DNA of 57,845 nt from Octopus bimaculoides (GCF_001194135.2 NC_068995.1:24337683-24395527), one strand, 5' to 3'. Positions 14,600 to 28,060 are shown, numbered from the stretch's first letter. Notes: a model not told the origin generated them from the sequence alone. A program made the numbers and translations.

Positions 14600-15100
14600 C
14601 AGTTTCCATATCTCGCCTTTTCTACATTATAAACCAACAAATTTATACTCCGACTTCACAATTTCCTCCTCATGCCTAGTCACACTAAAACTGCCAACTC
14701 TTTTCTTTTTACTCCTGCTATGCAACAAGGATTCGAACTCCCTTTCCATATCCGAAGAAAACGCAGCATTTTTTTCGTACGCTGTTAGCATTAATCCACA
14801 ATCAACTTCACACTCAACTGAGTCCTTTTTCTTCTGACCTTCTTTCAAAGAACAAAAACTTTTGTCTGACCTCTTATACAGAAGCACTCTCTGTATCATA
14901 CATTGCAGTTCCTTCAAATATTTGCTATATTTGTCCCTTTTTTTACGACAGTGCACTCGTAACCTGACCCCAACTGACCATTTTATTTCTATCACTCCCA
15001 GCCTTATTTACTGCTTCATCTGTAAACTCTGCAAATCTCAAAATGTGAGTGAAACTGATCGGTGATGTCTAGAAGATCACTTTTGCGAGCACCACCTCGA
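14600..15100 (-). mobile_element. Possible very decayed L1/Tx1-like ORF2 linker fragment
   Basis: Weak: AYEKNAAFSSDMER resembles the GEKNSxYFxxLEK linker of L1/Tx1 ORF2. Confidence 0.25.
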
Positions 15101-15530
15101 CATCTGAAATACCTTTCATGCACTCTCCGGACCCGAAGCTAAGCATTCACCAGATTAGTTCGAGGTCCACCTTTTGACTTGCAGAGTAACCTTACACAAA
15201 GGTTCTCCCAGATCTGCAAATGCAGAATAAAGTAGTTCATATTTATTGTAAAAACTTACTCTCTCACCACAAACCATAATGAATGCTTCTTCATTACTCC
15301 GATCAATTTCTCCTTCTTTAACATGTTTGCCAATCGTCTTCTTTTTTTACTTCCTATCTCTCAATTTTTACCCATCTATGACTTTTAAGTTCTCTTCAAA
15401 CTCGTGCTATTTCCTAACCTCCATTCTCATCGGTTATCTATCCCCATTTTTACCGTTACCCACCAACCAACACGTGTTTCGCTGCGATTTCGCACTCCCC
15501 CACAAGATTCTATACTATTTAATATTTAAC

Positions 15531-15534
<4 letters not shown>

Positions 15535-15611
<77 letters not shown>
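15535..15611. repeat. (CT)n microsatellite
   Basis: Pure (CT)n. Confidence 0.95.
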
Positions 15612-15615
<4 letters not shown>

Positions 15616-16009
15616 TCCTTACTCGTAATCTATTTATTCAGTCCAATCAGAAAACATTTTATATATCTCTCAGGAAACTAAGGGAAGAACAAATACAATA
15701 CAAACATGTCACGTGAAAGTGTCAACTGAGGAGCGACTCAACAGCATTTTCACAGAATTGGAAGACAATAGCAGATGGCATTACAACAATACCTATCACA
15801 AGCCAATTCGTTGAGCTGTCAAGAGGAAAAGATAGTATTAAATTATCCATAAGCACAGATTGTACAAATATATGGTAGAAACTGAAAGGAACACCATTCT
15901 GCTCAAAATCGAGAGACGCAGGCTCGAACAAGATTTACAACTCAAAACAACAGAAAATTCAAAATTCAAAACAACAGAAAGCAATACCCATCCTATGTCC
16001 ATGGTTCGT

Positions 16010-16269
16010 ATTTTATGTACCAACCCCGAGATAATCTGTAAGATAATTGTTGGTTATATTGAACCAAGTATTCGGTGGAGACAATATCTAGAAGTTCTTA
16101 AATCATAAAAATAGCCTTACGAAAAAAAACGGAATTTGAGATTTATAGTTCTATACGAGAATTATAATCCAGTCTATGAACTATAGTCCTATTACTCAGT
16201 GCAGAGAACCATATGAAAACAGTTGAATTTGCCACTAAATTTAAATGATTCAAAAGCACACGATTTACC
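16010..16269 (-). repeat. Right arm of the inverted repeat pair
   Basis: See 14021-14260. Confidence 0.9.
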
Positions 16270-17028
16270 TCAGCAAGCACCCTTGAATACCTCTAAGGAA
16301 TAATGAGATTGTTGCTAGCTGAAACGGGGCTGATTAAACCGATAAGAAATTCTTATTGAACACCTTTCTTCGAAGCTTCATACGACACTGTTGGTTTACT
16401 TATTGTACTCACTATTTGCATCATATAACTCAAGGCAAGTGAAATCATTTGAGAACCTTACTTTAAAAAAAATATCAACTACATATAAAGGTATTAACTT
16501 AATAGACTTAAATAAAATAATATAGTTATTCAGATTTTATTTCACACTGTAATGTACTTGTTATCTGAGAATGATATAAATGGAAAATTTATATCTAAAA
16601 ATGATAAATTTATTGCTTCAAAATAATAAAATCAGTTTTGGAAATTTGTTCAACAATAATAAATTTATTGTAAAACCATAAAAAATATAAGTATTTAACA
16701 ATAATAGGTTTGACGCTAATACTTATAAATTTGTTACTCAACAGCAATTGATTCACCACGACATATTCGTAAATTTATAGTTTAGGTACAATCTTTTGAT
16801 TTTGTCTGAAGTCTAATTAGGGTATACTATAACTGACTTCAATCTATTAGAATGAAGGAATGACCTAGCAATACATTGTTATATCGTAGCCTCACTGAAA
16901 GACTTTTTTTTATTCCATCCAACTTTGGAGCCTCTTGAATTTTCATGCCTCCGAATCTATTGGCTTCTCTTTCTCGTCAGGTTTCAGATCTTGTTGACAC
17001 ATTTCTTAACTGAATTCTATATGTGCAA

Positions 17029-17029
<1 letters not shown>

Positions 17030-17109
<80 letters not shown>

Positions 17110-17300
17110 CGTGCGTGCATGCATATACGTAAATCAGTAATATGTATAAATCTATAGTTATACATTTACAGTTATGTGTGTGTGTGTGTGTGTGGTGTGT
17201 GGTGTGTGTGTGTATGTGTGTGTGTGTGTCTGTGTGTCTGTGTATGGGTGTGTCTGTGTCTGTGTCTGTGTGTGTCTGTGTGTATCTGTGTGTATACAAA
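17030..17300. repeat. (TG)n and (TGTC)n microsatellites
   Basis: Directly visible. Confidence 0.95.
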
Positions 17301-17704
17301 GAGAGCGAGGGAGAGAGAGAGAGTTATATATTTGAAAGCCTTTAGCTGTGTAGAATGCATCCCATGTGAAAATATCCTAGTGTTCTCTTAAGCAAAAAGA
17401 AAAAAGAATCTTACAGATTATTATTCCGGGATGATGGTCTCGCTTGGCTTTATGTACACTATTTTTTAATCTACCAAGAGTACGAAGAATTTAAAGCCGC
17501 CAAACATAATTGCAGCATATTAGGTTATAAAATAAGAAGTTTCCTGGAGTCTACCATGTATTTAATTAAAGAGTAGTAGCTGTAAACTCATCTACATCTA
17601 TATACGTTACAGAATACCTGAAACATATATTCCAGATAAATCGGCAGTTATATCCGTTCTAAAGTTCTATCACAATATTAATGTATATATGAATGTATCT
17701 AGAT

Positions 17705-17763
<59 letters not shown>

Positions 17764-18242
17764 TNNNNNNNNNNNNNNNNNNNNNNNNNNNNNNNNNNNN
17801 NNNNNNNNNNNNNNNNNNNNNNNNNNNNNNNNNNNNNNNNNNNNNNNNNNNNNNNNNNNNNNNNNNNNNNNNNNNNNNNNNNNNNNNNNNNNNNNNNNNN
17901 NNNNNNNNNNNNNNNNNNNNNNNNNNNNNNNNNNNNNNNNNNNNNNNNNNNNNNNNNNNNNNNNNNNNNNNNNNNNNNNNNNNNNNNNNNNNNNNNNNNN
18001 NNNNNNNNNNNNNNNNNNNNNNNNNNNNNNNNNNNNNNNNNNNNNNNNNNNNNNNNNNNNNNNNNNNNNNNNNNNNNNNNNNNNNNNNNNNNNNNNNNNN
18101 NNNNNNNNNNNNNNNNNNNNNNNNNNNNNNNNNNNNNNNNNNNNNNNNNNNNNNNNNNNNNNNNNNNNNNNNNNNNNNNNNNNNNNNNNNNNNNNNNNNN
18201 NNNNNNNNNNNNNNNNNNNNNNNNNNNNNNNNNNNNNNNNNN

Positions 18243-18280
<38 letters not shown>

Positions 18281-18417
18281 CTTAGGTTTTTTTCTTTTGA
18301 TGTTTTCTGTTAGAAATTCTATGCTGGCAAATAAAGAAATTAATTTTGTTATTGTTGTTAACTGAAACAACAACAATAACAACAACAACAAAATCAATAA
18401 TAATAATAATAATAATT

Positions 18418-20508
18418 CTTTCTTTATTAACCACTAAGGGTTCACAGAAAAGCGTTGGGGATGGTACAAGACAATACAATGTGGGGTTGCATAAAAGACG
18501 TGTAATAAGTAAAAAAAACACAGTTAACATAAATTATAAGAATGGGGGTGCTTATAGTGATCCCACAAACACCACGGTTTCCCTGACCACTAGGACAAGT
18601 CTCCTACAACCCTCAGGTGCGTGCTTCGACCATTCTTTTGTCCTAGCAGAATGGGGACAGTTTTTCACAGCTTGTCGGACCATTCTTGCAACATTCACCA
18701 AGCTTTTAATAAGATTGCTGGGAAGCAGCACTTCCCCCTCTACCCTCACTTTCCTTTCCAAGTGAAACTTGAAAAAGTTGAAGAAGGCTTGGCCAAAGAG
18801 GGAAGTATCTGTCTTCAGTCCTTTCAATCTGGTTCACCACACAATCTCTTTCGTTAAAGCTACCAGAAAAAGAAACACTACCTGCTCTCCTCGTCCCAGG
18901 GGAAGGCGGTGGAACGATCGGCACAATAGTAAGGCAAAGGTGGGGAATGTGAACAATGGAGTCAGCCGATTAGCCGGATCCGTCCTACACATGACAGCAG
19001 GTGTTCGACATAAACCCACAAGTCAGCAATTCTGGACGTAAGCGTGCAGAACAGTTTCGTCACTCCGTGCACATCTCGGGAAAGCCCAGCTGAGATTACT
19101 TCCATACCTGTAAAGGGAGATCTATGTCTGCATAGTCACGCATTTCTTGGCTGGTGATCTGGTCGACTGGTGCCGTTGAGGCTACTCTTGGCTGCGATGA
19201 TGTATGTGTTGTTATAGTTGTTCTCGGGTGTCGTACTGGTGCTTCCTGTTGATATTGTTGAATGGATTTCTCCTAATGCTCTTTTTGTTGATGTTGTTGT
19301 TTTGGTTTTGGATGCTGCTGCTCTTCGTATGATGCTGTTAGTGTTGGTGGTGGTGGTAATGGTGGTACTGCTGCTGTTGTTGTTGTGTTAGGGGTGTCTG
19401 AAGCCGTGAGTTCTTTTTCTTTCTTTCCATGGAATAGAAAGCCTTTAAATGCCATCTCAGTTTTCTACCTTCTACTGCTACAGATAACTGTGTTCTATTA
19501 CGTAGGTTGATCAGGTCATCGATTGTTTCGATACTGGTCAGATCAGCATATAACCACAGTTCCATTCCCATATCTGATGAATTCTTCTTTTCCTTTTCGT
19601 AGATTTCCAAATTTTTTATTTTTTCCTCTATACCGTATAATACGGTTGCTACCAGCAAAGAAATGTCAACACTGGTGACATCTCCGCTATCTTTATTTTG
19701 ACAACCCTTCGACCGAAGTATATCTGAATTAGCCATAATTCCTCACTTTTAAGGGTTGATGTGGCTTTACCTTTGCTTAACTCTTCAGTTGAGAATCTTA
19801 CTTTAGCTGTGCCAAAATGTTTCCCACAAGCGATATAAGTTTTTAAACCCCAGACCAATCTCAGGAATTTTTCGATCTGGCCCTGCGTCGTTCACTCTAG
19901 TCTCCTCGTCTTTACTGGTATTTACTAGGGTGGGTCAGTGTCTTCTTGCACTTACTCTAGTGTGTTAAAGAAGACTGTTCAACCAGTCTTAACGTCACTC
20001 AATATTTTATGCGTCAACTCGACTTTTTCCTATTTCCGACAAGCTGTGAAAAACTGTCCCCATTCTGCTAGGACAAAATAATGGCTGCTGGTGTCGTTTT
20101 ATTAATGCTTGTGATGGTGATAGCTGTGGTAGTTCTGGTGGTGGTAGTGGTGTTGTTGTTGCAGTTGCTGCAGTTGTTGTCGTTGCTGCTGCTGCCTTTA
20201 CTTCGTTTCTCGACCACATCAACTAGTGGTGGAACAGCAACGTCATAGCAGTTGTTCCAACAGTTGTCACTTCACTCGATTTGGGAAGCCATATTGATAT
20301 TTTTGTTTGAAAATATTAATTTTCCAATTTTAATTCTCATAATCCACCCTTAAAGGGCGGATTCCTGCCACAGTTGCTCGCCCCGCTTGTAACAAGTTGG
20401 GTTATTTAGTTAAAAGTTCAACAAAACTAGGAATACCAACCAGTAAAACAAGTTTTAACGAATAACTTACGAGCCACGAACACGCGTCCTCTTGTTCCAG
20501 ACACAAAG
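18418..20508 (-). mobile_element. L1/Tx1-type LINE: 5' UTR, ORF1 remnant, large internal deletion, ORF2 C-terminus, 3' UTR
   Basis: ORF1-like: QIYFGRRVVKIKI..DISLLVATVLYGIEE..TIDDLINLRNRTQLSVAVEGRK. ORF2 end: zinc knuckle (C)PRCARSDETVLHA and FLFLVALTKEIVW..FFKFHLERKVRVE. The 5' end (20270-20508) is homologous to 39259-39490. Both ends abut (ATT)n. Confidence 0.8.
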
Positions 20509-20661
<153 letters not shown>

Positions 20662-21735
20662 TTTTGTTCCTATTCTACAGATGCTGTTGTAATCATTGTT
20701 ATTTTCTTCCCTCGCTATATTCATTATTATCATCATCATCAATATCGTTATCATCATTCGCAGCATCAACATAATTATCGCTTAACTGCAGTAATTATGC
20801 TCTCAAAAGACAAATTATTTAACAAAAATTTAATTTTAATTTTTTTCACTTTTTATTTAATTTAAAATAATAATTCAACACACAGACACTTTTTTTATTA
20901 AAATTAATTCTTATCACGGACAACATTGTTTAACATTTTTATTTCTTTTCTTTCACCAATTCATATTCACCCTTAGGTTTTCGAAGTTAAAAATATTTTA
21001 GCCACTAACAAAATAGATAAATTCAGGGTGAAATTTAAATTTTAACGATGACGATAATTCTGTAGAAAAAAAATATATGATTTTGAGTTGATTCAAACTT
21101 TTATAAAGTGTTTTCTTTTTGCATTAAAAGTTCTTTTGTTTAATTTTGTCTTCTTGTGAGAATTATACAGAAACCAAGATAACTACACCATTCATCATAA
21201 GCGTATTAGGATATAGATTCTCCGTGAATTTTATGTATAATGTATCATCGTTGTGGACTTCAGTGTATGAGATAAATAACAGTCATCATTGGCTACAGGG
21301 TTTGAATTAGCTGACTTTTTATCGTTAAACCAGAACAGCATAGAAATATATCTTCCCATACAAAAGTCTATGCATATATGTATATATATATTTTTCTTAT
21401 TATTATTTTTCTTTGGCTCAGGTTCGGTCTTATTCCTAGTAGGAATAATGTGTAAGTATTATGTGTATAGCTACGAAAGAATATATAACCTAAATTGGAT
21501 ATTGAATATTGAGTTCTGTTTTTACTGCTTCTATATGTGTTTATATATGTATGTATGTATGTATACATGCATGCATGTATGTATATATGTACGTATGTAC
21601 TCTATATGGCACGTTGGAATCGAATACAGAAGAACATGATTACGAAGTGATCTACTCTACCCCAACGCCATCACATTACTTATATATGTTAAAACTACAT
21701 GTATGGACTCTCAAATTAGTAGCTGTCAGAAATTC

Positions 21736-21738
<3 letters not shown>

Positions 21739-21816
<78 letters not shown>
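21739..21816. repeat. (TG)n microsatellite
   Basis: Pure (TG)n. Confidence 0.95.
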
Positions 21817-21915
21817 TATTCTATTTTTTAATCATTATAAACCTTCCGCTGAGGAGGGAGCCGATTTCCAACAAAGAAACAAGGCTTCATCTTTGGAATG
21901 TAGTTAACACAGATA
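21817..21915 (-). mobile_element. 3' UTR-only copy of an R4-like LINE (same family as 45678-46183)
   Basis: Reverse complement tctgtgttaactacattccaaagatgaagccttg...ctcctcagcggaaggtttataatg matches 46086-46180. Lies between (TACA)n and (CA)n. Confidence 0.85.
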
Positions 21916-21950
21916 TATGTATGTATGCATGTATGTATGTATGTATGTAT

Positions 21951-22565
21951 ATTATCAATCAGTTTCATTTCTGTATTTCTTGTTCATAGAGAAAGAGCCG
22001 GACTCTAACATAGATTCAAGCCTCCTTCATTGGAACTTTTATCAACATCATCTAGGTATTTGTGCATATGTGTGTGTGTGCAGTATTTGGTGTTAGTGTA
22101 TGCGCAGATTTGTATGTTTGTTTTATGGATGCGTTTTTATGTCTAGATGCATGCATACGTATTTATGTGCTAAATTTTTGGAAAGTTTTACATATCTTTA
22201 CAGTTCCATTGATGGTTTGAATCTGTAGTCTTCTAATCAGCCTTTTTCTTTCAGGTTTTGAGAACCCTAATTTTTCCAGGTTTTTGTTGAGGGNNNNNNN
22301 NNNNNNNNNNNNNNNNNNNNNNNNNNNNNNNNNNNNNNATAATCACGGGTATGAATCTGAACTTGTAGTCTGGGTGGAGTATCTGTAAATTTCTCAGTAG
22401 CTCGGCGTAGTTGTTCTCTTTTTCTCTAATCTTTAGTGGGGTGTTGACATCCGCAGGACAGCTGATTTCTACTACTGTACAGAGTTTCTCTTCTCTGTCC
22501 CAGATTACTATATCCGGTCTATTATGTCTGCACTTTATTGAGGTTTTTATTGGGACATTCCATTG
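21951..22565 (-). mobile_element. 5'-truncated R4-like LINE: restriction-like endonuclease (REL) domain and 3' UTR
   Basis: WNVPIKTSIKCRHNRPDIVIWDREEKLCTVVEISCPADVN (PD..ExxCP REL motif)..IQTINGTVKICKTFQKFST*. (TACA)n at both ends. Confidence 0.9.
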
Positions 22566-22627
22566 TATGTATGTATGTATGTATGTATGTATGTATGTAT
22601 GTATGCATGTATGTATGTATACATCTG

Positions 22628-22856
22628 TGTGTGTGTGTGTGTTTGTGTCTGTGTTTGTCCCCCTACCACTCTTTGACAACCAGTGTTGATGTGTTTACGT
22701 CCCTGTAACCTAGTAGTTGGACAATGGAGAACGATAGAATAAATACTAGGCTTTAAAAATAAGTCCTGGGGTCGATTTGTCTGACTAAAACCCTTCAAGG
22801 CTGTGACCCAGCATGGCCGCAGTCAAATAGCTGAAACAAGTAAAATATAAAAGATA
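22628..22856 (+). mobile_element. SINE family 2 (CORE-like), 3' half
   Basis: gtgtctgtgtttgtcccc...tgacaacc...taagtcctggggtcgatttg...cagcatggccgcagtcaaatagctgaaacaagtaaaa matches 28280-28480. Confidence 0.9.
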
Positions 22857-23193
22857 TCACACACATACGCAGACACACACACACACACACATACACAAAC
22901 ATAATAAGACATTAAAATAGAATAGAGTTTTTCTAATTCGACTTACCACTGCTATATGACACTCTAAAGTTTACATAAAATCCACATTTCAAAACAAATT
23001 TTAGAAAATCTAAACAGTTGTTTCAGAAACAAATTCTAGTATTTAAAAGAGAGAAACTTTGAAAATTGACTCGCTCTTTCAGTAAATGGTTAGCTCACCA
23101 GCAAACCAAACAACAATATATTTGGTTTACTCAAAAGCATACAACTGCGTGATGAGTTTGCGGAGCACGACAGCTACGAGACTTTATGTCAAT

Positions 23194-23296
23194 AAAGTTG
23201 ACCTCCGCGAAATTTCGACTAAGAACGCAGTGGTGGACGAAATGCGGCAACGCAATTATGTCCACTGTGCTAACGATTTGGCCAGCTCGCTGCCTT
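23194..23296 (-). mobile_element. SINE family 1, head fragment
   Basis: gacctccgcgaaattt...gtgctaacgatttggccagctcgctgcctt. Confidence 0.8.
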
Positions 23297-23310
23297 GAAT
23301 AATTATAAGA

Positions 23311-23490
23311 GTTTCAAAGTTTGGCAGAAGGCCAACAATTTCAGGGTGGGGTAGTCATGTACACAAACTCCAGTGCTCAACTGGTACTTATTTTATCGAC
23401 CCCGAAAGGATGAAAGGCGAACATGAAGTCGGACGAAATACTGCTAAACGTTTTGCCCGACGTGCTAACGATTTTGCCAGCTTGCCGCCT
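23311..23490 (-). mobile_element. SINE family 1 copy
   Basis: caactggtacttattttatcgaccccgaaaggatgaaaggc...gtgctaacgattttgccagcttgccgcct; the head abuts (TAA)n. Confidence 0.92.
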
Positions 23491-23492
23491 GA

Positions 23493-23493
<1 letters not shown>

Positions 23494-23570
<77 letters not shown>
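23494..23570. repeat. (TAA)n microsatellite
   Basis: Pure repeat. Confidence 0.95.
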
Positions 23571-25340
23571 TTCTCTGTGATTTAAAACCAAAGAATTGTT
23601 GATAGCCTAACTGGGGCGATAGAAAACAAAAATAAGTCTAACAACCATAGTTGTTTGATAATAAAATGATGCAGACGAATATATAAACAAAAGCCATCAC
23701 TTATATACATATACAACATAGTAGAAAATACATACATATTACTTCGAATAATTTTAATATAATAGAAACATAAAAAACAAGACAAAGCATCAGTTATGCA
23801 GTGAAAAAGCTCTCAATAATAATAGGATTACTAGAGTGGTGGTGGTGGTGCTGGTGGTGGTGGCGGCGGTGGCGCTGATGATATCGACGACGATGATGAT
23901 AATAATAATAGAGAGGCAAAATGTCTGTCACTTTTTTTTAAAGGTGTTATTGCGAAGGCATCAATAACATAGGCTCTATTATTGGAACCATATTTGATCT
24001 TTACCGAAATAGACTGAGAGGATAATACAAAGAGAAGAAGAGAACGTGATTAGAGAGTGGGAGAAAGGGAAGAGATTAAATACATAAACTTTTTCATTAA
24101 AAAATATTGAAATCATTCATCAGAACTATTCAATTTTGATATTACAAGCTCACAGAACTTTCTAGTCGAGAGAAAAAAGTTGAAAAAAGTACTTGAGCCT
24201 TTAGCTTATATGAATGATATTACATGAATAATACAATAGTACTCGGCTGTAAAGTGGACAGTTTCAGTAATAGTTTGGATGTATATAATGTTGTTGTTGT
24301 TGTTGTTGTATTTGTGGTTGAGCAGCTATGATGTTTTAATCTTCAAATATACTAGTTCACTTCTCAAACTTTTTTAAGATGCATACGATATAAAAAAAAA
24401 TACAAAATCGAATTCGTTTCAACTGAACATTTGAAAAGAGTGAAATTATTCGTTCATCCAAGCATTCATTCATATTCAGAAGAGTTATTCATAAGACGAT
24501 TTATCATTTTTATATTACTACTACTTACTTCTTTAAAAAAAAAATTTTTTTCACGAAAAGTATAACAAAAATATATTAACAAAAATCATTTGATATTTCT
24601 TGAAGACTAAAGCCGAAATATGAAACCGGTTTGATTCATTTTGCCCTCAATTTAGAGTCAACTAGGTCAATACAGCTATAACTGTTATTAACCTTATTAA
24701 TATATATGCTTATAGAAAACTATTTCTTTTAAGACGTTCAAGATAGCTATATTTACTTCATGTGTAAAAAATATTTCAACTTTGATTTTAAGTAAATTTA
24801 GTAAAGAATATATAAATAAAAGATAACAGTATCATCTTGAATATTTTCTTTTAAATCCTGTTCTTTCTTATTTACACTGTTTTATAATCTTATTAGCACC
24901 AATAAAGTGAAGTGCCTTGAATTTCACTTGCGTTGATTTCCTCTAGAGATTGAAATGGGGTACCTTAAATACCCACATACTAATAGTCTCGACTAAAGAA
25001 TACCTGATCTATAAAACAGATAACAATAGAAAGCATTTGGCACCTTCCTATTTCGGAAGACAATGATAGTGACGTAGGGGTTATTTTTAAATAATTCAGA
25101 CACGCCATCCACATGAAAGTTAACAGTAAAATTAATATTTCGATAGTTAATGCATGAAGGATTTTAAAATCTAACTGGAAATAATTATGCAGTAATAAAA
25201 CAAAAATATTGGCCATTACCTAATATTATTATATTTTCTGCACTTGCCCCGGACATTTTTCGTCCCATGATAATCTTACTGGATTGTAGACATCAGCTTA
25301 CCAGCCGAAGTAATGATAAGAGAATTCCTAAGCATATAGC

Positions 25341-25557
25341 TTTCTATTCTAGGTACAAGGCCCGAAATTGTGGGGAGGGGGCCACTCGATTAGATCGTAT
25401 TGGTACTTAATTTATCCGAACTGGTACTTAATTTATCCGAAAGGATGAAAGGCAAAAATCGACCTCGGTGGAATTTGAACTCAGAACATAAAGACAGACG
25501 AAATACCGCTAAGCATGTTGCCCGGTGTGCTAAAGTTTCTGCCAGCTCGCCGCCTTA
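25341..25557 (-). mobile_element. SINE family 1, full-length copy
   Basis: Full head and core. Internal 21-bp tandem duplication (tggtacttaatttatccgaa x2). Possible diverged TSD aattcctaagcatata / aattcgtaggtatata. Confidence 0.93.
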
Positions 25558-26919
25558 ATTCGTAGGTATATAAAGAAAGTAAATAAATGATCTCCGGATG
25601 CCATCTGGGGGAAAAGAACAAGTTCCGTAAGTGTTAGCATAATTAATGCGAAAAACATCAAAAACCCCATTAAATATGCTAACACAAACTTAACTATGAA
25701 TATATTTAAATACATAAACGCCTATTATAATATTCCTTTTATTTGATTAGATAACGGTGTCCAGATCGTAGCTAAACACGTTATCGAAAGTTTCTCTCAC
25801 TTTAAAACTTATAATTTTCCTTTCACTGGATTCATACCATTGCTACACGAATAGTATAAAAATTGTTTTTATTAATCTGGCTCTACGGAGATAAGACTGG
25901 TTATCATTGAGAAGGAAATACGATTGGAGATGGTAAGTTATACTTTATAATCGACGTGTGGATTTATAGGCCTGAAATAAATTTCATTTGGATATATTGA
26001 TTTTGTTTCCATATGCTGTGCTAAAAGTTTGTGAAGAGTGGGTAATAGCAGAGACTAGGATCTCGAATCATATAAATCACCCTATCGATTGAGACATCTC
26101 AAAAGTTATTATCAAAGCAGCTAATATCACATAATAAACGGATGTACATAAAGAACTGCATCCATCACACAATTTTGGTTCCCAGATCGACATTTTCATT
26201 TAATCTCCGTCGCAACCAATGTCTTTGAGAAACTTGTTTACAACTCCTTATATTCAAACTTCGATTCTGTATTTAGATTTGAAATCAAAAGTGATATACA
26301 TCTTAAAGAAGGTAAGTGTAAGGAGTATAATGGACGAACATATGTTATCACTTGTAAGTCAACATCCAGGCTTCCATATGGACTTTGAACTTGACCAAAA
26401 ACACACAGTACCGCAGTATGTATACTGACTGTATAGTTAATAAAAATCTATACAGTAGATTATCTAACTGTCAACCATATAACAAATAAACAAATGCAGA
26501 CCCACGAAGGAGTCTCTGTGCACTCCTTTGACATGCTACAACTGAAAATACACCTCTCATCTTATAAAAAAAGATTATTCCGTACAAAACACAAGAGAGT
26601 CGCAGTTAGAACGTAATTCTTATGATTAACAGATAACGCAAAAATAAACAGACTGACATATAAAGCAAGATTGAACGTCAAGTGAGGACTCTGCAACCAA
26701 TTAAAGAAGAGAACGTTACACACATACAAGCAAACAATACAAAATATCAAAACCACACATAAACAAACATCAAATCACAATAAAACACACCAAGAAAAAC
26801 TGGTATTATAGCATTCTTTTCTTTTCATGGCCACAGCTCCACACAAAATATATAACAGAGATTCGAAGCTCCAAGAATTTCATTCACAAACGACACAAGT
26901 AGCAAATGTACATCTTGTA

Positions 26920-27130
26920 TAATCCTACTGCAACATGAATAACAGTTGCAAGTTTAAAATACCTTTTATGGAACTAAAACACTTCGTTATGCACGATATT
27001 AACATCGCCATAACACTGGAAACAATCTAGAATATCAACAGAGACAGCTCAGATCCCAAACTATAACCCAATAACACAGGGAAAGCCTCCTAAATTGCAT
27101 AAAATCAAACATCCAGTACTTAAACACGCC
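26920..27130 (+). mobile_element. Very decayed LINE AP-endonuclease N-terminus
   Basis: YCNMNNS..ELKHFVMHDINIAITLET..QIPNYNPI resembles the APE start (NxNG..IAxLQET..IPGY). Confidence 0.35.
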
Positions 27131-27399
27131 AAACAACCCTTGAATACTAACATTACGTGACAATATACTAAAATGCAAGCATTTAAAACAAAAATCAACA
27201 ATACTAAATTCATTGAAATGATAAATATATACTTACCACTATCTACTACACGACCGTTCTAACCACCAGGTTACCAATTAGAACACATTTATACATTTCA
27301 AAAGACTATCTTTTAAGCATACTTCACTGAAAGTAGCACATCCTGGTATATAAACAATATAAATAACACTTAATGCAAAAAATAACGTTTGATTTGATA

Positions 27400-27613
27400 T
27401 TCTTTTCTACTCTAGGCACAAGGCCCAAAATTTTGTGGGAGGTGACAGTCGATTAGATCGACCTCAGTACGCAACTGGTACTCAATTTACCAATCCCGAA
27501 AAGATGAAAGGCAAAGTCGACCTCGGCGGAATTTGAACTCAGAACATAAAGACAGACGAAATATCGCTAAGCTATTCGCCCGTCGTGCTAACGTTTCTGC
27601 CAGCTCGCTGCCT
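27400..27613 (-). mobile_element. SINE family 1, full-length copy with 17-bp target-site duplication
   Basis: taacgtttgatttgata at 27383-27399 and 27614-27630. A-box GCTGGCAGAAACG and B-box GTTCAAATTCC on the minus strand. Confidence 0.95.
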
Positions 27614-28060
27614 TAACGTTTGATTTGATAATACAGATTCCATGTAACTCTTAAGTAAAACGTGTACACTCATATACTTGAGCAATCTAGCTCAACACTC
27701 CTCTGCAGCCTTCAGTGTATGATGTCAGCTACACAATTATTACAATACCCATAAAGAGTACCCACAACTCTCCACTGACACCTCTTCGTCATCATCATAA
27801 CATACATCCCGATAAACGATGCAAAAATAGTCTCACAGACTTCAAACAAGATTAGTAGTACCCCTTCGATCAAGAGACAAAAATAAAATTCACTGAATTC
27901 AACACTAGAATCATCGTAACAGCTACCACAGTACATATATTTAATAAACCAATTGCGTATCGTCTAAAACAGTATTGCACAAACAGAAATATAACTCAGA
28001 ATGAATCGACTAAACAAGAGAATTAAAAAAATTCGAACAACGAAAGTAAATTCACTAGAC

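Noticed and set aside
16285-16330. Possible hammerhead remnant beyond the inverted-repeat arm
   Set aside because: The core and stems do not fit.
19338-19736. 132-aa ORF resembling a DZIP3-type HEPN domain (SGD..DISLL..LRN)
   Set aside because: It lies inside the Tx1 element in the ORF1 position, and LSVAVEGRK plus the frameshifted upstream part fit an L1/Tx1 ORF1 better. An HMM search would settle it.
21849-21880. CTGAGGA...GAAAC in an R4-like 3' UTR
   Set aside because: Antisense to the element, stem II is not adjacent to GAAA, and the GAAAC is not conserved in the 46.1-kb copy.
23140-23200. Hammerhead-like string gTGATGA..GAgAC..GTC
   Set aside because: Two core mismatches and poor stems I and II; compatible with chance.
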